From contig OZ024763.1 in NCBI GenBank assembly GCA_964016885.1, positions 7,812,001 to 7,876,000 on the forward strand: a DNA stretch of 64,000 nt. The letters run 5' to 3'. This stretch comes from Eledone cirrhosa (Eukaryota). Position 1 is the first letter of the stretch. Each line of letters starts with the position of its first letter. Positions 53,038-64,000 of this stretch are shown here, in pieces. Position numbers and translations under genes: made by a program. A model generated the notes under the pieces. It was not told the origin of the DNA. It worked only from the letters and a program-made list of their open reading frames with translations, and searched no databases.

Positions 53038-53979
53038 TATATATATTGGCTGTTTCTTTGACATACAATAAGCTTGTTACAAGCCACTTTACCTGTCACC
53101 TCTAGCAATAAAACCCTCTAATCATTTCCAGCTAAACTCATCATCATCATCACCATCACCATCACCATCATAACCATCACCATCACCATCATAACCATCA
53201 CCATCATAACCATCACCATCACCATAACTATCATCATCATAACCATAACCATCACCATCATAACCATCACCATCATAACCATCACCATCACCATCACCAT
53301 CATAACCATCACCATCACCATCACCATCATAACCATCACCATCACCATAACTATCACCATCATCAACATCATCATCATAACTATCATTATCACCACCATC
53401 ATCATCACCATCACCATAACTAACACCATCATCATCATCACCATAACTATCATCACCATCATCATCATCATCATCACAAACAGACCAACAGATAGACCAA
53501 CAGACAGACAGACAAACTGACAGGCTGACAGACAGACAGACCAACAGACAGTCACATGACCAACGCAGTTCCTGTTCAATCAAGAACAACGGGCAACAAT
53601 ATATCCGTCACTTAATTCTATTTTCAGTTTTACTTAATAATAATTGATTCAATAATAATTAAATTAATTGAACATTACAGAAGAAAATTACTAGGGACGC
53701 CACCTGCAACATAATGGCTGAGAAAGTGCTAATATTTATAATTTAGCGAGTCACTGAAAAAAGAAAAAGGAAATGGCAGTTTCACTTAATTGAAATTAAA
53801 TTTGCAATGGAGAGAAAGGAGGATAACATGATTAGTTGATGAAAATCAAATCTGAACAAAAGAAAGGGGAGACAACTGTTAAGATTTTAATTAATACAAA
53901 TTTAGAATTATGCACACTGAGGAAATGAACTTGTTAGCTTGGTAACAAATATTATTTTATAATGTAGGAAGTGAATTAA

Positions 53980-55411
53980 GCCTTTACCATCTACATTACT
54001 TTATGTATACTATTGTATTTTCACAGTAAAGGCTTTACCTCACATAATATCTCACATAACATTTACATTACTCTATATATACTATTGTATTTTCATGGTA
54101 AAGGCTTTACCTCACATAATATCTCACATAACATTTACATTACTCTATATATACTATTGTATTTTCACAGTAAAGGCTTTACCTCACATAATATCTCACA
54201 TAACATTTACATTACTCTAAGTATACTATTGTATTTTCACAGTAAAGGCTTTACCTCACATAATATCTCACATAACATTTACATTACTCTATATATACTA
54301 TTGTATTTTCACAGTAAAGGCTTTACCTCACATAATATCTCATATAACATTTACATTACTCTATATATACTATTGTATTGTCACAGTAAAGGCTTTACCT
54401 CACATAATATCTCATATAACATTTACATTACTCTATATATACTATTGTATTGTCACAGTAAAGGCTTTACCTCACATAATATCTCACATAACATTTACAT
54501 TACTCTATATATACTATTGTATTTTCACAGTAAAGGCTTTACCTCACATAATATCTCACATAACATTTACATTACTCTATATATATTATTGTATTTTCAC
54601 AGTAAAGGCTTTACCTCACATAATATCTCACATAACATTCACATTACTCTATATATACTATTGTATTTTCACAGTAAAGGCTTTACCTCACATAATATCT
54701 CACATAACATTCACATTACTCTATATATACTATTGTATTGTCACAGTAAAGACTTTACCTCACATAATATCTCACATAACATTTACATTACTCTATATAT
54801 ACTATTGTATTTTCACAGTAAAGGCTTTACCTCACATAATATCTCACATAACATTCACATTACTCTATATATACTATTGTATTGTCACAGTAAAGGCTTT
54901 ACCTCACATAATACCTCATATAACATTTACATTACTCTATATATACTATTGTATTTTCACAGTAAAGGCTTTACCTCACATAATATCTCACATAACATTT
55001 ACATTACTCTATATATACTATTGTATTGTCACAGTAAAGGCTTTACCTCACATAATATCTCACATAACATTTACATTACTCTATATATACTATTGTATTG
55101 TCACAGTAAAGGCTTTACCTCACATAGTACCTCACATAACATTTACATTACGCTATATATACTATTATATTTTCACAGTAAAGGCTTTACCTCACATAAT
55201 ATCTCACATAACATTTACATTACTCTATATATACTATTGTATTTTCACAGTAAAGGCTTTACCTCACATAATATCTCACATAATATTAAATCTATGAGAT
55301 TTTGATGTTATTTATTTTGAGAACAATACCTTAACGTCAGTATGAGTGGCTGGTTACAGCCGGTTTGAACAGAAAGAGGTGAGAGAAATCTGGCTAGATA
55401 TGGCCAGTTTA
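53980..55411 (+). mobile_element. TTAA-MITE with 72-bp tandem array (about 18 units)
   Basis: Same unit and same downstream body (gagaacaataccttaac...gaggtgagag) as 8123-9236. Confidence 0.8.
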
Positions 55412-55441
55412 ACCCTTTAACATTTATGTTACACTATATTA

Positions 55442-55765
55442 CTATTGAATTTTTATGGTAAAGATATTCAGGATGTTTCGGAGGGTTGTTGCTGTTCCCA
55501 GCAAGCATGCCTTTTGAAGTGTTCCAAAACAGGGGGCTAGACTAATGTTCTTTAACCAACCTTGAAAACTCTTTGAGATAGTACCCAGTGCTCCTATGAC
55601 AATCGGGGCGACCTTGATCCTATGACAGTCCCAAATCCTTTTTAACTCCCACTTTAAATCCTGGTATCGGTTAATTTTCTCCCTCTCCTTTTCTTGCACT
55701 CTCGTGTCAAAAGGGCAGGCTACATCTACAATCAGGCATGATCTTTTTCCTTTGTCAAAAACCAC
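55442..55765 (-). mobile_element. Restriction-like endonuclease (RLE) C-terminus of an R4/Dong-like non-LTR retrotransposon, fragment
   Basis: LIVDVACP.D.....KE.EKI.RYQDL..EL.RIW....V.PIVIGALG....LQKACLLGTA..LR. Confidence 0.75.
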
Positions 55766-56735
55766 CGTTTTTAATCGACTTTTCCCTCCCCCAATATTGT
55801 TATTATTATTGTAAGGGCAGTGGATTGGCAGTATCGGTAGAGGGTCGGACGCCATGCTTTGCACCATAGAGTTACGCCCCTTTATGATCTGAGTTCAAAT
55901 CCTGCCGATGTTAATTTTGCTTTTCATCCTTACAGGGTGGATAAAATAAAGTACCAGTCACACACTGGGGTCGATTTAATCGACTTTCCCCTCCCCCAAA
56001 ATTGCTGGCCTTGTGCCCATATAAGAAACCATTATTATTATTATATCAGTAGAGGGTTGGATGCCCTGCTTTGACGCATAGAGTTACGGCCCTTGCCATT
56101 CTGAGTTCAAATCCCGCCGAGGTTAACTTTGCCTTTCATCCTTACGGGGTCGATAAAATAAAGTACCAGTAATACACTGGTATAGTTGCTGGCCTTGTGC
56201 CTAAAGTAGAAACAATTATTATCATTATCATCATTTACTCTGTCAAACAGATGAAGTTACTTGATCTGTGATCTGTGATCTGTGAAATTCTTCCTTTTTC
56301 TTTTAGTCTTTGAGTCTCAAAAGATTAATTATTTTTCCGGAATCAAACGAAGATTTCCATATAAGATTATGGATTGTGTCGGACTAATGTGAATGGAGAT
56401 TGACAGCTGATAGAATGGTGGAGTTCTTGGAGGGGGGTTGGTGGGGGGAACGGAGGTATGAGGAGGGGGGGGGGGGTGAATAAACTGGCCTAAAACATCT
56501 GTTATATATGCATATATATGGGTATGTGTGTTGGTGTATGCGTGTGTGTATATGTGTATGTGTATATATATATATATATATGTATGTATATGTATATATG
56601 TATATGCATCATCATCATCATCATCGTTATATGTATGTATATATAGATTTATACACATACATATATATATATATACATATATATGTGTACATATATATAT
56701 ATATATAAGTATATATATATATATATATACATATA

Positions 56736-56838
<103 letters not shown>

Positions 56839-56847
56839 GTGTGTGTG

Positions 56848-56949
<102 letters not shown>

Positions 56950-57418
56950 TATAATCATATATACACAGGCATATATATATATACACAGACACATACATAT
57001 ATATATGTGTGTCTGTGTGTGAGTTATATATATGTGTATATATATGTATATAACACAAAACCCAATCACTTTTAATTGAAAATCTTCCTAAGACAAAGTT
57101 TTCCTGACTTTTCAAAGAATCACTTCTCAATATTTTCCGCCTTGTTTCAACATTCTCTTCAAATATCAACAAATATATCTTACTTACCTGCTGCTTATTT
57201 ACTTACAATACTATATATATATACACATATATATACATACACACATATGTATATACACACATATATATATACACACACACATATATACACACATATATAT
57301 ATATATACACACATATATATATACACACATATATATACACACATATATATATACACACATATACATATACACACATATATATATACACACACACATATAT
57401 ATACATATATATATACAC

Positions 57419-57456
<38 letters not shown>

Positions 57457-57631
57457 CAGTGTGTGTACATAAATACACACACATATACAGTGTATGTATG
57501 TATATATATATATATATATACACACATATATATATACATATATATATATATATATGTGTGTGTGTATGTATATGTCAGTGTGTGTACATATATATGTGTA
57601 CACACACATATATAGTGTATATATATATACA

Positions 57632-57681
<50 letters not shown>

Positions 57682-57871
57682 TGTATATATATATATATAT
57701 ATAACGGAGGTGTTGTGGTAAGGAACCAGATGGACCATAACGCACCAGAGTACTCAATACTTAGGGTAGTAGAGTGGGTAATAGGAGAGAGTATGACCCC
57801 GACGGCAGAGCTCAAGCCGTTTCGACGGCTATTTCTGGACTGAAATACTCTCTCCTATATATATATATACA

Positions 57872-57942
<71 letters not shown>

Positions 57943-58629
57943 TATATATATATATATATACACACACTATATATATACACTATATATCATAGCTACCTGC
58001 CGCTTATTTACAATATTATACAAATCTACCACACTTCTTTTCCTTCTTCTTTTCCTTCTTCTTCCCCCCCCCCTCCTGTTTATCTATATAGTTTAACCTA
58101 ACAGAAGTGAGTCTGTTAGTCTACTTCCTGCTACAACCACATCATGTCATTCTCGTCTTCAGGTGCAGCCATGCTGTGTGTCACCCTCAGGTAGCAGTGT
58201 CTTCTATTAATCTAGTTTATAGCCTTCAGTTGATCAATGCCTTGTCAGTTGAATGGAAGTTGATAGATGGAAACTGTAGACGCCTGTTGCGTGTCTATCC
58301 TCATCATCACCGTTTAACGTCCATTCTTCCACGCTAGCATGGGTTAGACGAGTTGTCCTGTTGTGGACAATGCCAGGTCAGGTGACCATGTCTTGCTCAT
58401 TCGGAACTGATTCTGGCTTGATTTCTACAGCTGGATGCCCTTCCTAACACCAACCTCATTTACTGTGAGTGCTGGGTGCTTTTATTCTGTGGCGCCTACA
58501 CGTCCACTTTACAGCGGGAGGGGCATGGGGCATATTGTCTATATGCTTCAGCTTGCACCCATGGGAAGTCGGGTCTTCTGTATTACTGTATATATATATA
58601 TGTATATATATACATATTATGTTGGTACC

Positions 58630-59325
58630 ACAAAACACCCAGTCCACTCTGTAAAGTGGTAGTGTAGGTGTCACGACAAAAAGCACCCAGCACACGCTGT
58701 AAAGTGGTAGTGTAGGTGTCACGACAAAAAGCACCCAGTCCACACTGTAAAGTGGTAGTGTAGGTGTCACGACAAAAAGCACCCAGCACATGCTGTAAAG
58801 TGGTAGTGTAGGTGTCACGACAAAAAGCACCCAGCACATGCTGTAAAGTGGTAGTGTAGGTGTCATGACAAAAAGCACCCAGCACATGCTGTAAAGTGGT
58901 AGTGTAGGTGTCACGACAAAAAGCACCCAGCACATGCTGTAAAGTGGTAGTGTAGGTGTCACGACAAAAAGCACCCAGCACATGCTGTAAAGTGGTAGTG
59001 TTGGTGTCACGACAAAAAGCACCCAGTCCACACTGTAAAGTGGTAGTGTAGGTGTCACGACAAAAAGCACCCAGCACATGCTGTAAAGTGGTAGTGTAGG
59101 TGTCACGACAAAAAGCACCCAGCACATGCTGTAAAGTGGTAGTGTAGGTGTCACGACAAAAAGCACCCAGCACATGCTGTAAAGTGGTAGTGTAGGTGTC
59201 ACGACAAAAAGCACCCAGCACATGCTGTAAAGTGGTAGTGTAGGTGTCACGACAAAAAGCACCCAGCCCACACTGTAAAGTGGTCGTGTAAAAGACACGG
59301 CAAAAAGCATCCAGTCCACACTATA
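58630..59325 (+). repeat. 48-bp SINE-derived tandem array (about 14 units)
   Basis: (aaaaagcacccagcacatgctgtaaagtggtagtgtaggtgtcacgac)n. Confidence 0.88.
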
Positions 59326-60369
59326 TAAGTGTATCAAACTAAACAAAGTTAGTTTGTGCTAGTACACCGAAATTTCCAACTTGCTCCATGATTTCACGGG
59401 ACTTGCATCTCTGAAGTGCCTGTCCTTATTTCAGAGCGTACACATTTAGTTATTAGTGGTAAGTTCGGGACTATATGTGGATGTTAAACAATTCAATATA
59501 TAGTTGTAGAAATTTCTAAAAGATATGATAGTGACAGATTGAATAGATTCTGGGAAGGGTTAACCTGGGGGTTAAATAACAAGAATAACAAGAACTAAGA
59601 TTGTTGTTTTGAATTAATGAAATAAAAAGACAAACAAATGCAGACCTGAAGTGGAAATGAAGGATTCTTTCAAGAATCAAACTGTCATGTTTGCATCTAC
59701 TGACATGAAAGGAAATGAATGTTTCTTGTGGAAAAGTTTACAGAAGACGAAAACGAGGATAAAGACAATGACCCAGACGAAATAGAAGAAATAGGATAAA
59801 ATATTAAATGTAAAATATAAAATATAAAAAGATGGCGATTTTCTAGAGATAAATAGATAATATAATAGTGTGAATCAGTCATCTGGAAGAATCAGTTTGT
59901 ATAAATGGTTTGAACCGAAAGTAAAGATAAATGACTTTCTTTAAACTCATCTCCATTGAATGACACTGGAAAATAATGGATGAGAATTCACTACTATGTC
60001 TGTTGGTTGGGAGCACTTGTTGTTGTTGTTGTTGTTGCTGGTAGCAACAGTGTTGTTGTTGTTGGTGGTGGTGGTGGTGACAGTATTGTTGTTGTTACTG
60101 TCGTCATTGTCAGCGATGGTATGGTTGTTGTTGCTGGTGGTGGTGGTGAGGAAGGTGTTGTTGTTGTTGTTAGTGGTGGTGGTGACGGTATTGCTGTTGT
60201 TGTTTGTGATGATATTGTTGTGGTAGTGGTAGTGGTGACGATATTGTTGTTGTTGATGGTGACAGTATTGTTGTTGTTGATGGTGACAGTATTGTTGTTG
60301 TTGTTGTTGTCATTATTGTTGTCCTCACTATTGCTGTTGTTGTCCAAATTTAAAAAAAAAATATCTTGA

Positions 60370-61005
60370 AAAAATGATGCAAACAGAATCTACCCCAGGA
60401 GGAGCAAACCATGGAACAGGAATAGGGAGAACACAGAATAGGGTAGATAAGGTCAAGTTGTGGTAGTATGACAGTAATACGAGGGTGTGATGTTCATCAA
60501 TGAAACCCCTGGAGGTGGACTAGATTATAGATCTAGAAAGGTTTTAGATAATTTGAAATTAAGAATTAAGGAAATAGAAAAACTAGGTATTCCCATAAAA
60601 TTCCTGATCAACAAAATTTACCCTTTTAAGAAAACCCCTGTACTGATAGAAACTGTATAGACTGAAAAGTAAGCATTCAGATAAACTGTAAAACTAGATA
60701 TGTACTTTATAGTGTAAGATACATGGAAGGACCACAGCATATATATAGGAGGAGAAATGGCCTGCAGTATAGGAGGAAAAAGATGAAGAAGCACTCCAAG
60801 TAAACACTCAAAGATGAGGAAAACCCATCAGTGATTTAGTAACATGCCATACTAGAACATGGCGGCTCATGAGAAAATATTGAAATAAAGATTTTATCTC
60901 CACACCAAACAGATGCAATGTTCAGACAGATTATGGAAGCTGCATATATAATACAATGTAAACCTAACCTCAATAGAAAGCATGAATACAATAACAACAG
61001 TTCCC
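60370..61005 (+). pseudogene. Decayed Penelope-like element, linker + GIY-YIG region
   Basis: VMFINETPGG, LRIKEIEKLGIPIKFLINKIYPFKKT, YIG, IEIKILS, RQIMEA, KPNLNRKHEY are collinear with the 19848-21140 protein but carry stops and frameshifts. Confidence 0.8.
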
Positions 61006-61318
61006 AACCTAGCAACTAAGGATAATTGTTTCTATTTTTGGCACAAGGCCAGCAATTACCCAGTGCATTACTGGTACTTTATTTTATCGACCCCTGTAAG
61101 GATGAAAGGCAAAGTTAACCTCGACGGTATTAGCAACTAAGGATAATATAGAAGAAACAGATCTAAAAGGGTTCACTATCAGACATAACCTGCACGCGCA
61201 CATATCTATATTATATATTATATTCGTGCGTGTATATAACTATGTGTGTAGATGTGTATGTATTTATTTACATATGTTTGTGTACATATGTATATATATA
61301 TATATGTGTATATATGTG

Positions 61319-61354
<36 letters not shown>

Positions 61355-61385
61355 TATGTATGTATATATATATGTATGTGTATAT

Positions 61386-61426
<41 letters not shown>

Positions 61427-61432
61427 TATATG

Positions 61433-61464
<32 letters not shown>

Positions 61465-61553
61465 TGTATGTATATATATATACATACATACATATATATA
61501 TACATATATATACATATATATATATACACATACATGTTTATACATACATATAT

Positions 61554-61594
<41 letters not shown>

Positions 61595-61661
61595 TATGTA
61601 TATATATATATGTATGTATATATATATATATGTATGTATATATATATATATACATACATAC

Positions 61662-61706
<45 letters not shown>

Positions 61707-61721
61707 CATGTTTATACATAC

Positions 61722-61752
<31 letters not shown>

Positions 61753-62069
61753 TTCATAAACATTGAAAGCAAAAGCAAAGCTATAGACATTAGACATTCA
61801 TATTTCTCGAAGAATAAAACACACAAGACCCCCCCCCCCCCCACCTAAACCCCCAAAAAAACAACAAAAAACACAAACAAAGGTTCCTGCACTGTAGGAC
61901 AGAAAAGTATTAAATGAACCATCAGCATTATTGAAGGTAACAAATGTCAAAGCAATGTCGGAACAGATCAGCGGTGGGGGACGGTTGAAAAGTAAAACAA
62001 ATCAATAACATATCTTATTTTTCTTACAGCCTTCCATACTTTCTTTACCATATATATATATATTATATA

Positions 62070-62125
<56 letters not shown>

Positions 62126-62160
62126 ATATCTATATATATTATATATATATATATATATAT

Positions 62161-62299
<139 letters not shown>

Positions 62300-62446
62300 T
62301 GTGTATATATATATATATATATATCCATATATATTATATATATATTTTATATATATAATATATATATCCATATATATTATATATATATTTTATATATATA
62401 TATATCCATATATATTATATATATATATATATATATTTATATATAC

Positions 62447-62479
<33 letters not shown>

Positions 62480-62526
62480 TATATATTATATATATATATA
62501 TTTATATATCACATATATATATATAC

Positions 62527-62613
<87 letters not shown>

Positions 62614-64000
62614 TGGGGGGTATATTTTCTTAATATTTCTGTGGTTGTTGTTGCAGATAACAGATTTTTTCCTATGAAAAATTAATGAATAAAATATTTT
62701 TTTAAAAACCTAAAGCAAAACAAAAAAAACTATGGAAATGAAGTAAAATCAGACACAGTGAGATATTTTATTCAAATATTTCTTTCCAATTGGTTTATTT
62801 AAATATTTATAGCGCAAAATTCAAATAAAAATCAAATAATAAATAAATTTAAAAAACATATTAATAAAAGGTATAAAAAATATATATATATATATATAAA
62901 AAAAAAATAAAAAAAATAAAAAATAAATAAATAAATTAAAAAATTAAAAAAAATAAAAACTAATAAATAAATGAATATATAAAATTAATAAGATATGACT
63001 TCAATGGCGTTGAGGTAATATTGAAAATAAATATAAGATGTACCGTACTGTCTTGAACCTAAACAAGGACTTATCAGAATTGTAGAATGGTGTAAGTTGG
63101 TTGGTTGGTATTTTTAGACGGATAGTAACTTTATATATTACATGTTTTTGATTTTTACCAATCAGCAGGAATTTCACATCCTACAGACTTGTGTTTTTAT
63201 TGAAAAATAATTCTTAAAAATAATTGTTTCTACTTCTTCGCACAAGGACAGCAATTACCCCAGTGCATTACTGGTACTTTATTATATCGACCGCGTAAGG
63301 ATGAATAAAGTACCAGTAATGCACTGGGGTAATTGCTGGCCTTGTGCCAAAAGTAGAAAGAATTATTATTATAGAGTGTCAGACGCCATGTTTTGCAGCA
63401 TAGAGTTATGGCCCTTTACGGTCTGAGTTCAAATCCTGCCGAGGTTAACTTTGCCCTTCATCCTTACAGGGTTGATAAAATAAAATACCAGTAATACACT
63501 GGGGTAATTGCTGGCCTTGTGTCAGAGAGTAGAAACAAGTATATATTATTATTTTTTAAATAACCCTAACCCTTTCAATCTTACTGGGTCAATAAAATAC
63601 AGTACCAGTAATAAACTGGGATAATTGGTGTAGTGTAGTGTGGTGTGATGTGATGTGGTGTGGTGTGGTGTGAGGTATGGGGTGGTGTGGTGTGGTGTGG
63701 TGTGATGTGATGTGATGTGATGTGATGTGATGTGATGTGATGTGATGTGATGTGATGTGATGTGATGTGATGTGATGTGATGTGATGTGATGTGATGTGA
63801 TGTGGTGTTAGGTATGGGGTGGTGTGATGTGATGTGATGTGATGTGATGTGATGTGGTGTGGTGTGGTGTGGTGTGGTGTTAGGTATGGGGTGGTGTGGT
63901 GTGGTGTGATGTGGTATAGTGTGGTGTGGTGTGGTGTGGTGTGATGTGATGTGATGTGATGTGGTGTGGTGCAGTGTGGTGTAGTGTGGTGTTAGGTACG

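Overview
Eukaryotic, very microsatellite-rich DNA. The SINE and repeat content suggests a cephalopod, probably an octopus (inference). 1-14 kb holds the 3' 15 exons (458 codons + stop, all GT-AG, phases consistent) of a + strand neprilysin-like M13 zinc metallopeptidase with an intact VNAFY / HEITH / GENIADNGG / HSP..R / CxxW motif set. The remaining 50 kb has no recognisable host gene. It contains (TA)n/(CA)n/(GGT)n microsatellites, minisatellites, two tRNA-derived SINE families, RTE/CR1/RLE-type LINE fragments, hAT, Tc1-mariner/pogo and TTAA-flanked MITEs, and a 5'-truncated Penelope-like retroelement (RT + GIY-YIG). The most striking hidden layer is about 15 intact or decayed type I hammerhead-ribozyme (HHR) motifs from several sequence families, mostly in short modules lodged in (TA)n tracts. 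One lies in the 3' end of the Penelope-like element. Others sit in solo modules with inverted terminal copies, in a perfect 255-bp palindrome with two divergent ribozymes, and in neprilysin introns; one has a greatly enlarged helix II. All structures were read by eye and none is experimentally or computationally confirmed. Nearly all ORFs in the supplied track are microsatellite artefacts.
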